A stretch of 64,000 bases of DNA from Chloroflexota bacterium (GTDB lineage: Bacteria > Chloroflexota > UBA6077 > FW602-bin22 > JACPRP01). Within the stretch, counting starts at the first letter, position 1. Each line of letters starts with the position of its first letter. This document shows positions 1-8,316 of the stretch, piece after piece. The translations under genes and the position numbers were made by a program. The notes beneath the pieces were generated by a model. That model was not told where the DNA came from and did no database searches. It was given only the letters and a program-made list of their open reading frames with translations. The stretch covers positions 9,231-73,230 of the forward strand of contig JACPRP010000102.1 of assembly GCA_016189905.1 (NCBI GenBank). Direction: 5' to 3'.

Positions 1-395
1 ACCAGGAGCGACGGATGTTCGAGCTGCTGCTGAACGTCTCGGGCGTAGGGCCAAAGGCGGCTCTGAACATCCTTTCGGCGACCCCCCTCGAATCGCTATA
101 CACGGCCATCGCGTCGGGGAACTCCGACATCCTCACACGCATCCCCGGCATAGGTGCAAAAACGGCGGGCCGCATCGTGCTCGATCTCAAAGGGAAGATA
201 GACCCACGCCACGCCACGAGTCGCCCGGCAGATGTCGCCAGCGCCGACGCCGACGTACTCGCGGCCCTTACCAACCTCGGGTACAGCCTCGTCGAAGCGC
301 AGAGCGCCGTCCGCGCCCTGCCGAACGAGGGCGTTCTCTCGGCCGAGGATAAGATCGTGCAGGCATTGCGCTATTTCGCCGAGCAGCGCGGCTAG
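1..395 (+). CDS. ruvA: Holliday junction branch migration protein RuvA, C-terminal part (5' end lies upstream of the window)
   Basis: The ORF is open to the window edge. It carries tandem helix-hairpin-helix motifs (VSGVGPKAALNIL, IPGIGAKTAGRIVLDLKGK) and a RuvA domain-III-like tail. Confidence 0.85.
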   Translation, partial: QERRMFELLLNVSGVGPKAALNILSATPLESLYTAIASGNSDILTRIPGIGAKTAGRIVLDLKGKIDPRHATSRPADVASADADVLAALTNLGYSLVEAQSAVRALPNEGVLSAEDKIVQALRYFAEQRG

Positions 396-396
396 A

Positions 397-936
397 ATGT
401 CCGCCAGAGTGGTGATGCTGGGCTTGCTGGTGCTGCCAGGCGTCGTGTTCCATGAGTTAGGTCACTACCTGTTTTGCCGCCTGGTTGGGGTGCGCGTTCA
501 CGAGGTCGTCTACTTCAGATTTGGCAATCCTGCTGGATACGTGGTTCACACCACGCCGCGCCACTTCCGCGACCATTTCGCCATTGTCGTCGGCCCGTTC
601 GTCGTCAACTCCCTTGCCGGGTTCCTTCTGTTCATCTCCGTGGTCGGCAAGTGGACAAGGCCGTACGCGACGGCCGGCATCGAGTGGCAATGGATCGTGG
701 TGTGGACGATCGCGCTCTGGCTGGGCGTTTCCCTCTCGCTGCAGGCTTTTCCGAGCAAAGGCGATGCTCGCAGCCTCTGGCAGGCTGCGAGCCGGCATGT
801 GCGCCGCGGCAATATCCTCGCGCTCGTGGGCTATCCTGTTGTGGGCCTCATTTACCTGGCGAACGTGTTGCGGCGGCTGTGGCTGGACTGGCTATACGCC
901 GCCGCGCTCATCACGGTCTCGGCACTGGTCTTTTAG
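397..936 (+). CDS. Small polytopic membrane protein with an HExxH motif (site-2-protease/M50-like or DUF3267-like)
   Basis: An in-frame ATG at 397 follows the ruvA stop directly. The product starts MSARVVMLGLLVLPGVVFHELGHYLFCRLVG and has several hydrophobic helices. The 232..396 extension in the track overlaps ruvA and is unlikely to be coding. Confidence 0.5.
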   Translation: MSARVVMLGLLVLPGVVFHELGHYLFCRLVGVRVHEVVYFRFGNPAGYVVHTTPRHFRDHFAIVVGPFVVNSLAGFLLFISVVGKWTRPYATAGIEWQWIVVWTIALWLGVSLSLQAFPSKGDARSLWQAASRHVRRGNILALVGYPVVGLIYLANVLRRLWLDWLYAAALITVSALVF

Positions 937-939
937 GCG

Positions 940-2499
940 CTACTTAACCGCTTGCTTCACCCCGTGGAAGATGGCTCGCTGCCGCTCGACGTGTCGGTAC
1001 ATCCAGCCAACCGCGAGGGTGAAGGCGACGGCCAGGATGGCCTGGTAGACCAGGCCGTGGAATTGCAGCACCTGCCAAGCGAAGGCGAGAACCAGCAGCA
1101 AGCCGGTCGCCAGATGGCAGATTATGGTCAGCGCGTTGGCAGGGATCAGGTCGAACGAGCTGGCGTAGTGTTTCAACGCGACCTGAACAGCCCGGACTGA
1201 AAGTGGAACCGTCATCAGACCGATCAGCGTCACCGTCGGCAGCATCTGCATCACCACGCCGGCCACTAGCGAGATGTAGGCCAGCGCGATCAGCACGATG
1301 AACAGCCCAACTGCCCGCGATCGTCCGAGCCGCACGACCAGCGTCCGCTTATTCACGGCGCCGTCGGCGACATAATCCGGGAACTCGTTTATGTAGAGAA
1401 CTGCCGTGATGAACAGGGCCACGGGCAACGAGGCGACGACTGGGACCCAACTGAGGGTCTTCGTCTGCACGAAGTACGCGCCCAGCGTCATCAGGACCCC
1501 GTAGTTCAAGCCGACGAGCAGCTCGCCCATGCCTCTGCTCGCCCAGTTGAACGGCCACCCCGTGTAAAACACGCCCGAAACCAGGCCGATCACACCCAGG
1601 ACGATGACAGGCCAGCCCGCCACCCACGCGAGATAAAGGCCAAGCACGCTGCCCAGAACACACAGGAGCAGGCCCCCGGTCAGCATTTCCAATGGCGAGA
1701 GCAGCCCCAGTTGAATCACGCGACTGCCGCCCGAGAAAGGCCTGACGAACTCACGGTTGGACGGATCATTGCCACTGTCGTTGTCGAAATAATCGTTCAG
1801 CACGTTAGTGCCTGCCTGGAGTGAGAGGCCGGCGATGAACGTCAGCGCGAACAAAGGATAATCGAGGCTCCCGCTCATCATCCAGGCAACCGCTGTGCCG
1901 AGCAAGACCGGCACGGCACTGGCGGTGAGGAACGCGACCCTGAGCGCCGCCAGCCAGGCCTGAGACTTTCGCTTCAGGCGCTTCCAATCGCCCACCGCCT
2001 CGCGGTTCTCGGGAAAATCGAGGACCTTCGGGGGCTTGCCCTGCACGACCTCACCGGCGACACGAAACTTAATCAACTGCGGAACGATCTTGACGCACTC
2101 CAGCACATCCAGCGCCCCGGTCTGCGCCAGATAGCCCACCACCGGCGACCGCTTCGCCAGCACCTCGAGCGCTCTGGCACGCTCCTCATCGTCACGAACG
2201 AACTCCGCCCGCCCGGTAACTTCCACCTCTTCCATCTGGACAAAGTCAGTCCTGGTCTGCTGCACCAGCACCGATATCGAGGGATTGTGGGTCAACTGGA
2301 TGGTCTTAGGATCGCCCTTAACGCTCGAAACGTAGAAGTTGAAATCCTCGTCGACCGCATAATGCATCACTCGGGTCCGGATATCCTCGCCCGAAGCCGT
2401 GGCCACGGTTGCCACCTCGATAGAATCGAGTACCGTCTCGATGTCGTGATACGCCGATTTCTTGTGCACCATCCTCCTCCTCGTGCGATATCGGGCCAA
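940..2499 (-). CDS. Fusion protein: N-terminal pyridoxamine-5'-phosphate-oxidase-like (split-barrel) domain plus C-terminal UbiA/MenA-type polyprenyltransferase
   Basis: The C-terminal ~300 aa is polytopic and has the UbiA Asp-rich motif NVLNDYFDNDSGND and a second motif INEFPDYVADG. The N-terminal ~180 aa is soluble and resembles general-stress/PNPOx-family proteins. Confidence 0.7.
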   Translation of the reverse strand: MARYRTRRRMVHKKSAYHDIETVLDSIEVATVATASGEDIRTRVMHYAVDEDFNFYVSSVKGDPKTIQLTHNPSISVLVQQTRTDFVQMEEVEVTGRAEFVRDDEERARALEVLAKRSPVVGYLAQTGALDVLECVKIVPQLIKFRVAGEVVQGKPPKVLDFPENREAVGDWKRLKRKSQAWLAALRVAFLTASAVPVLLGTAVAWMMSGSLDYPLFALTFIAGLSLQAGTNVLNDYFDNDSGNDPSNREFVRPFSGGSRVIQLGLLSPLEMLTGGLLLCVLGSVLGLYLAWVAGWPVIVLGVIGLVSGVFYTGWPFNWASRGMGELLVGLNYGVLMTLGAYFVQTKTLSWVPVVASLPVALFITAVLYINEFPDYVADGAVNKRTLVVRLGRSRAVGLFIVLIALAYISLVAGVVMQMLPTVTLIGLMTVPLSVRAVQVALKHYASSFDLIPANALTIICHLATGLLLVLAFAWQVLQFHGLVYQAILAVAFTLAVGWMYRHVERQRAIFHGVKQAVK

Positions 2500-2527
2500 G
2501 GTCGTGCCCTCCGCCGGAAGAAACCAC

Positions 2528-2677
2528 TATAGCAGTTTGCATTTTGATATGGCTACCCGTAGCGCGGGGGCTCGTCCCCCGCCCCGCCCAGCGGGGGACG
2601 AGCCCCCGCGCATCATTGCATACGCTCGGTATATCGGTGGCTGCTCCGCTAGCCAAAATCCTTTGCAAACTGCTATA
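2528..2677. mobile_element. MITE-like element, copy 1 (92-bp element carrying a 58-bp nested insertion)
   Basis: It has perfect 14-bp terminal inverted repeats TATAGCAGTTTGCA / TGCAAACTGCTATA. Outside 2557..2614 it is identical to 26855..26946. Confidence 0.75.
2557..2614. repeat. Nested 58-bp GC-rich palindromic insertion
   Basis: A perfect 21-bp stem (2562..2582 and 2591..2611, gcgcgggggctcgtcccccgc / gcgggggacgagcccccgcgc) encloses an 8-nt loop. The insertion is absent from MITE copy 2. Confidence 0.8.
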
Positions 2678-2833
2678 TATCCTACGAGCAGCCGAGAACT
2701 ATCTTAGCACAGTCTCGCAAGCGTTGCAAATTGTGGCAGGCGCGCGGGTGCGCAGGCAGGCCTTATGATGCGTTCTAACTCGTCGAGATGCGCAACTCCA
2801 CGTCATTCCCGTCATTAACTCCAGCGTCGGCAT

Positions 2834-4915
2834 TCACCTGTAAAACTGCTCCAGGATGACCACTGGCCCCACTTGTTTCTCTCCAGCCTGTACCTGTCGC
2901 TCCGCCGGCTTGCCGGTTTGTTCGTCGTACGCCACAACCGCAAGCTGGCAATCTTCCTGGCAGGGGACATTAGCGCCTAAGTAATAGAAATCGACAACAG
3001 TGTCGTTGGGGACCCAGCGGTTAGTGGGATAAGTCCACAACTGGGGTACGTTGTCGATTTGAAACAGCATCGTGCCATCCCGACGCATCGTTCGCACCGA
3101 GACCTTGTAAGACCGATCAAGTTTCTTGTCGGTCTGCCAGAACAGGTATAGCGATGAGGCCCCTTTCCATTGCTGCAATCTGTGCCCGATCAGTTTCATT
3201 CCGTTGTCCAGCACGACGTCATCACGGGTCAACTCGTCAAGTATGGGAGGCTTGATAAGGAAAATCGTGGCAGCCTCTTCAAGCGATAGTGGCACCAATC
3301 GTGATTTTGCCTGCGAGGCGGCGTCGCGAATACCGGAATAGCTGCCAAAGGCGCCGAAGCGATTCCCATAATTAAGCACGAGATAGCGCCAATTCGACGC
3401 CGCGGGTTGCGCCAGTAGCTCGTCGACACTCTTGGGGCTGGCAGCAACAGCGTAAACCTGATCGTAGCGAGTGCGCCCGGGAACATCAGTCGCGTGGAGA
3501 TAGGCATCGTTCGTAGCTACCGTCCTCGGGTCTGCCATACCGGCAATTCGTAAGAACTCGTTAACCTGACCCGGGTCGGTTCTCGGCGGTGAATCAAGCC
3601 AGCGCGCCAGCGAATTCACCTGAAGCGTGCCAACCGCCGCGGCCACCGCCGCCAGCACCAGAACAGTTTGGACCGCTCTACGTACGGGAAGCAACGAGGC
3701 AATCCGGTCGGCGACCAGCACCATGGCTACCGTTTGCAGCGCAACCGAGACGAGCAGGAAGCGTGGAGTTAACCAGGCCATCGAAGTCGCGGCGATCGGC
3801 GCAAGCAACGCCAACACCATCAACAGCCGGCCAGCGGGGTGCAGTCGCCTGTCGAATATCAAGGCTAAGCTCCCCAACAACCAGAAATAATGAAGGAGCG
3901 GCGGCCACAAGGGCAAGGAAGCGAATGCGCTCGAAAACTGTCCCCACCAGTGTTCGACGAAGCGGCCCGGGTCGAGTGAAATAACCTGGAGCAAAGAGAT
4001 GGTGTCGGGCATTTTTCCCCAATTGGTTACCCAATCGCCTTGGCCGTAGAGGCCAAACCAGACGTTCTTTGCCTGCGTGCTAAAAAATGGCTGGTGATAC
4101 ACGGCTATGCTCGGCACGATCTGAGGCGCCGCCGCTAAGACAAACCCGACGACTGGCAACGCCGCGTCGCCCAAAGCACACCTGAACGATTTGCCCCTTC
4201 TCACCAGCACGTACAGTAGGAAGCATACAAGTAGAGGCAGCGACGTGTACCGCACAAGATAGGCCAGGCCCAAGACAAATCCGCCGGCAAAAGCGAAGCG
4301 TCTGGACGCGACGGGTTTTCGATCCGGCTCGAAAAGCAGCATCAAGCAAACAGAAAGCGCTTGCAGGCCAGCGGCGAGTATGTCAGTTCCCTCATAGGCC
4401 GCGTATCCCAAGAAATGCATATTGGTGACGAGCAGCAGAACACCTGCCAGAGCAAGGGTGAGGCTGCGTGCAACACGAAGGATGATGATGAACACGGAAA
4501 TCAGGGCCAGCAATCCTCCGGTCCAGGAAAGGAACTGGCCGAAGCGGAGGGCATCCGCGCCGTTTTCGATGGCTACGCGGAGAAGGAAAGGATAGCCAAG
4601 GGGATACATTCCATCTACCAAGGTGCGTGCATCCAGCCAGCTCAACCGGAGACCCAGGTCGATATGATACCAGAAGTCGAGGTTCTCGACGGCAGCCCGT
4701 GGTGTCAGGTACCTGGCGACCAATGTGGTGTATGAGACCAGGACGGCAGCGCAAAAGAGGAAGGTTATCGCCGCGCGGGCTCGCTCGCGACCCGTTTGGC
4801 CAACGTTCAACGCGCCAATCGCCTCGGTCGGGCCATCGGCATCTTGGGACGCGGAACCGCCCGATCTCAGGCCGGATTGCACGCCCGGTGGCGCCAGGAA
4901 CGACAACAACCACAA
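2834..4915 (-). CDS. Large polytopic membrane protein, probably a GT-C-type (ArnT/PMT-like) glycosyltransferase with a C-terminal extracytoplasmic domain
   Basis: 693-aa ORF with about 10 or more predicted TM helices in the N-terminal two-thirds and a soluble C-terminal ~200 aa. Topology resembles dolichyl-phosphate-mannose/ArnT-family enzymes. I did not identify a catalytic motif with certainty. Confidence 0.45.
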   Translation of the reverse strand: MWLLSFLAPPGVQSGLRSGGSASQDADGPTEAIGALNVGQTGRERARAAITFLFCAAVLVSYTTLVARYLTPRAAVENLDFWYHIDLGLRLSWLDARTLVDGMYPLGYPFLLRVAIENGADALRFGQFLSWTGGLLALISVFIIILRVARSLTLALAGVLLLVTNMHFLGYAAYEGTDILAAGLQALSVCLMLLFEPDRKPVASRRFAFAGGFVLGLAYLVRYTSLPLLVCFLLYVLVRRGKSFRCALGDAALPVVGFVLAAAPQIVPSIAVYHQPFFSTQAKNVWFGLYGQGDWVTNWGKMPDTISLLQVISLDPGRFVEHWWGQFSSAFASLPLWPPLLHYFWLLGSLALIFDRRLHPAGRLLMVLALLAPIAATSMAWLTPRFLLVSVALQTVAMVLVADRIASLLPVRRAVQTVLVLAAVAAAVGTLQVNSLARWLDSPPRTDPGQVNEFLRIAGMADPRTVATNDAYLHATDVPGRTRYDQVYAVAASPKSVDELLAQPAASNWRYLVLNYGNRFGAFGSYSGIRDAASQAKSRLVPLSLEEAATIFLIKPPILDELTRDDVVLDNGMKLIGHRLQQWKGASSLYLFWQTDKKLDRSYKVSVRTMRRDGTMLFQIDNVPQLWTYPTNRWVPNDTVVDFYYLGANVPCQEDCQLAVVAYDEQTGKPAERQVQAGEKQVGPVVILEQFYR

Positions 4916-4928
4916 AGCTCCATTCCTC

Positions 4929-5651
4929 TCAACTCGTTTCCCCTTCGATCAGTCTGGCCCACCGTCTGAAAACCGTCGCCCCGATCTTTTCGAGTCGAGG
5001 TAGATGATCGTCTGCTTCCGCGACGATCTTGCGACCGTCGATGCCTTCTTCGCGGAGCTCGTCGGCGAATGTACCCACCATATCCTCGATGATGCTCGGC
5101 GTAACCTCCATGTGAAACAGGAGCCCGTAGGCGTTGCGGCCGAACCGAAACGCCTGGCAGGTGGTTAAGGCAGACGAGGCCAGGGACACGGCGCCTGTTG
5201 GAAGCTCAAAGACGTCGCCGTGCCAGTGATAGGCCTTGAATTCGGCTTCCACTCCCCGCCAGAGCGGGTCTTCCAGAGCAGCTTCCGTCAGGGTTACGCT
5301 GTGCCAGCCGATCTCCTTCTTGCTCCCCTTCGCCACCCTGGCGCCCAGAGTGGCTGCCAGGAGCTGGCTGCCCAGGCACACGCCCAGCACCGGCTTCTCA
5401 TTGCGCAGCGCCTGCTCGATGAGCCGTATCTCGTCGAGCAGAAACGGGTAGCGAGATCGCTCGTATACCCCCATCGGCCCACCCATCACGACCAGGCCGG
5501 CCGCGTCGCCCATTTGCTCAGGGATGGCCTGCCCTGCAAACGTGCGCACGTAGCGCCAGGAGACGCCTTCGGCTTCCAGGGCATCGGCGATACTTCCCAG
5601 CGTTTCGCAGTGAAAGTGTTGCAGCGCCCATACGGTTGGCATAGTCTTCAT
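4929..5651 (-). CDS. Class I glutamine amidotransferase (GATase1, GMP-synthase-like stand-alone domain)
   Basis: It has the nucleophile elbow VLGVCLGSQLL and a downstream YHWHGDVFELP motif. Length is 240 aa. Confidence 0.8.
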   Translation of the reverse strand: MKTMPTVWALQHFHCETLGSIADALEAEGVSWRYVRTFAGQAIPEQMGDAAGLVVMGGPMGVYERSRYPFLLDEIRLIEQALRNEKPVLGVCLGSQLLAATLGARVAKGSKKEIGWHSVTLTEAALEDPLWRGVEAEFKAYHWHGDVFELPTGAVSLASSALTTCQAFRFGRNAYGLLFHMEVTPSIIEDMVGTFADELREEGIDGRKIVAEADDHLPRLEKIGATVFRRWARLIEGETS

Positions 5652-5707
5652 CCCCCCACATAAGAAAACTTACGCTGTACGATAGTATTTTGGTGATTGC
5701 GCAAATA

Positions 5708-5777
5708 GGAAGGGTTTTTGGCGTCAACGGATGTGCAACGGATAAATGGATACGAAATCCGTCACACGCGTCGACGC
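5708..5777. repeat. GGCGTCAACGGAT-family intergenic repeat, copy R1
   Basis: The core ggaagggtttttGGCGTCAACGGATgtgcAACGGATAAAtgga is shared with 18287..18360 and 20078..20140. Confidence 0.65.
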
Positions 5778-5864
5778 GATGGCAGACTTCCCCACGGATA
5801 TCCGCAATCCCGCGTAAACTTTCCCGCCACACAGCACGAGTTGATTTCGCATCAAGAACTGGCA

Positions 5865-6551
5865 TTACCCTGCGCAGAAGACTTTCAAGAGCGTGGTCTC
5901 AGCCTTGGGCGCGACCACCAGCACATTGGCCTGAATGTCCTCGAGATGGTGGCGCACTGTTTGCTCATCGATTCCCGGCGGCGCGTAGACGGCGAACAAA
6001 GCGTTCCGGGTATTCGCGGTTATTCGCGTGCGGCCATCGGGACCGTAGATCACGCTGGAAATCACGCCCAGGCCATCGGCCATCATCATATCATCCGGCT
6101 TCAACGCCTGCTCTTGCCCGTTGAGCAAGACGTAGCGCTCGCCGCCGTTTGCAATGTCAACCCGCACTGACGTCTGCAAAGCGTCCAGATCGTGGCCGGC
6201 CGTGAGCAACTGGTTCTTGAGCTCGGCCATAAACATCGCCTCAACTAGCGCCGCGACGCGAGGAATCGATTTGCCCTTGAACGCAACCGACTCAAGCTGA
6301 AGTCGAACGTGATAGGTCTTTTTGAAGCGTTTATAGTAAGCCTCATAGGCCTTGATCGTTTCGAGGGCCGCGACCGCAGCGGCGTCGCTGTCGGCGAAGC
6401 GAGATCGCAGCTCGGCCTCCAATTCATCCTTGAGGCTGTTCAGGGCGGGATGATGGTCCGGATTGGCCACGTGGCGCATCACCAGCACCCCCACCACTGC
6501 CCCGGAGTAAGCGGCTTTCCAGCTCTCCGACACGACGAACATTGGTAGCAT
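5865..6551 (-). CDS. B3/B4 tRNA-binding-domain protein (PheT B3_4-like, stand-alone)
   Basis: 228 aa. The pattern IPRVAALVEAMFMAELKNQLLTAGHDLDAL...DMMMADGLGVISSVIYGPDGRTRIT matches my recollection of stand-alone B3/4 domain proteins. Confidence 0.55.
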   Translation of the reverse strand: MLPMFVVSESWKAAYSGAVVGVLVMRHVANPDHHPALNSLKDELEAELRSRFADSDAAAVAALETIKAYEAYYKRFKKTYHVRLQLESVAFKGKSIPRVAALVEAMFMAELKNQLLTAGHDLDALQTSVRVDIANGGERYVLLNGQEQALKPDDMMMADGLGVISSVIYGPDGRTRITANTRNALFAVYAPPGIDEQTVRHHLEDIQANVLVVAPKAETTLLKVFCAG

Positions 6552-6788
6552 CTCCTTAACGCCTGATAGGACTTACGATCGCCACTCTGTCAGACGGGCC
6601 TTACGCCGTTCTCAGGTTTCTTATGGCTAAGGTTAACGCCCGGGGAAGGGGTGGCACACCCTCACCCTTGCCCTCTCCCTCGTACGCGAGGGAGAGGGGA
6701 CGTAAGGTAAGTGCTCGCCTGATAGCTAGGAGCGATCAAAACCCGCTGTATTTTCCACACGCGTGTGGCCATTATACCTCATTTGGTA

Positions 6789-6817
6789 GTGACAATCGAC
6801 AATTACAATTGTATAAT
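6789..6817 (+). promoter_or_regulatory. Candidate sigma-70-type promoter (GTGACA-N17-TATAAT) facing the MFS transporter gene
   Basis: The -35 GTGACA lies at 6789..6794 and the -10 TATAAT at 6812..6817, with an exact 17-nt spacer. It would give a leader of about 250 nt. Confidence 0.4.
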
Positions 6818-7074
6818 AGGGGTCATCCGCCAAACCTTCAATCGTTGGGAGTTCCACGGCAATCCTCGTCCGCCAGCGTCTGAACGCCTGTGATGACGGC
6901 TAGCGTGCCGCCAGGCTGGGGTTTTCCCGCTCAGCGGGATCTGCGAGGTGATGTTCCCCATCCTTCCTGAGGTAGGACCCGTATCCGGGGCGGCTGGTGG
7001 CGAAGCCGAATCCAAAGAGGCGTCCTGATGTTGCACCAGGAACGCAAAGAATTGAAAGGTAGGTTCAAGAGGTT

Positions 7075-8307
7075 ATGTCGGCAGTTATCGCCAGACCGAC
7101 GATTACGTCGAGGGTCTGGGGCGCCTACGGTGTCCTTGGCCTGGTGAGTGCTTCGCACGCCGTCACTCACATCGTCTCAGCTCTAATGCCTTTGATCTAT
7201 CCCATGGTGATGCAGGAGTTCGGCTTCGGCTACAGCCAGCTTGGCCTGATGCTGGCCGTTTCCAACGTATTGAGCGGCATTTTTCAGATCGTCTTCGGCT
7301 ACCTGGGCCGGTACGCGCTCCGTCGCACCATTCTTGGCGCGCAGAACTTCTTCATCGCGGCCCACCTCATCCTGTTCAGTTTGACTTCTACCTTCCCGCA
7401 GTTCTTTGGGACGGCCCTGGCCGGACGTATCGCTATGACCCCGCAGCATCCCGTCGGCAACTCTCTGGTCGCCGACATGTTCGGCAAGCGTCTGCGTGGC
7501 TCGGCATTCTCGATCAACTTCGCCGGGGGCAACCTGGGCACCGTCTTCGTGCCGATGATTGCCACTTTCCTTATAATGAGCATTGGCTGGCGCTGGACGT
7601 TAGCGCTTTTTTCTCTGCCAGGGATGATCGTCGGTGCGCTGTTGTTCCTGCTGATCTCGGAGACCAGGACGATGCCTACGACCGAAGGGGGCGCAGCGCC
7701 CAGCAGGAATCCCATCCGTGAGGCGCTGCGACTGATGCGTAATCGCAACGTTCTGATGGTGTTTCTCGTTTCGTCGATCGCAGCAGGAGGACGCGGCATA
7801 GGCATCGTGACAGTCTATGTGCCTCTATATTTGAAGGACGGACTAAAGCTCGATGCAGGCCTGGTGGGAACGATTTTCACCATCCTGATGATTGGCAGCG
7901 TCATCGGCCCGCTGCTCGGAGGGAGGCTCTCCGATAAGTATGGCCGAAAGCGGGTCGTGTTTACCGCCTACTGCCTGGCCACCCTGGCGATGATCGGCGT
8001 GATACTGGTCGGCGGCAACATCTGGATTCTGGTACCGATCATTCTCGTGGTGGGCCTGGCGACCTACGCCGAGAGCCCGGTGCTGCAGACACTGCTCGCC
8101 GATTGCCTGCAACGTGGCACGCGCGATTTCGCCTTCGGCCTTTATTTCGCCGTGAACCTGGCCACCGGCTCGATCTGGACGTGGACCCTCGGCTTCCTCA
8201 TCGACAACAGTGGCTTTCTACCGGCCTTCTATCTGATGGCAACATCCTATGTCCTCGCGGGGCTGCTGCTGGTATTGATGATAAGAGAGCCGAAGCACGA
8301 GGATTAA
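7075..8307 (+). CDS. MFS transporter
   Basis: 410 aa with about 12 TM helices. It has MFS loop motifs (GYLGRYALRRT between TM2 and TM3, and GGRLSDKYGRKR in the second half). Confidence 0.8.
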   Translation: MSAVIARPTITSRVWGAYGVLGLVSASHAVTHIVSALMPLIYPMVMQEFGFGYSQLGLMLAVSNVLSGIFQIVFGYLGRYALRRTILGAQNFFIAAHLILFSLTSTFPQFFGTALAGRIAMTPQHPVGNSLVADMFGKRLRGSAFSINFAGGNLGTVFVPMIATFLIMSIGWRWTLALFSLPGMIVGALLFLLISETRTMPTTEGGAAPSRNPIREALRLMRNRNVLMVFLVSSIAAGGRGIGIVTVYVPLYLKDGLKLDAGLVGTIFTILMIGSVIGPLLGGRLSDKYGRKRVVFTAYCLATLAMIGVILVGGNIWILVPIILVVGLATYAESPVLQTLLADCLQRGTRDFAFGLYFAVNLATGSIWTWTLGFLIDNSGFLPAFYLMATSYVLAGLLLVLMIREPKHED

Positions 8308-8316
8308 ACGCATCTC

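Noticed and set aside
232-396. Upstream extensions of track ORFs: 232..396, 17865..18035, 24025..24096, 29245..29283, 26744..26890, 40696..40767, 38327..38383, 49357..49383 and 49884..49982
   Set aside because: These extensions overlap neighbouring genes or repeats and lack an RBS. Internal starts with Shine-Dalgarno sequences or ATGA coupling give products matching the usual N termini of the families.
6838-6900. Cobalamin- or guanidine-I-riboswitch-like strings (gggagttccacggcaatcctcgtccgccagcg) in the MFS leader
   Set aside because: The resemblance is only loose. The B12 box (GCCACUG) and the guanidine-I ACGR/GGGA motifs are not intact. The region is kept only as a generic long-leader observation.
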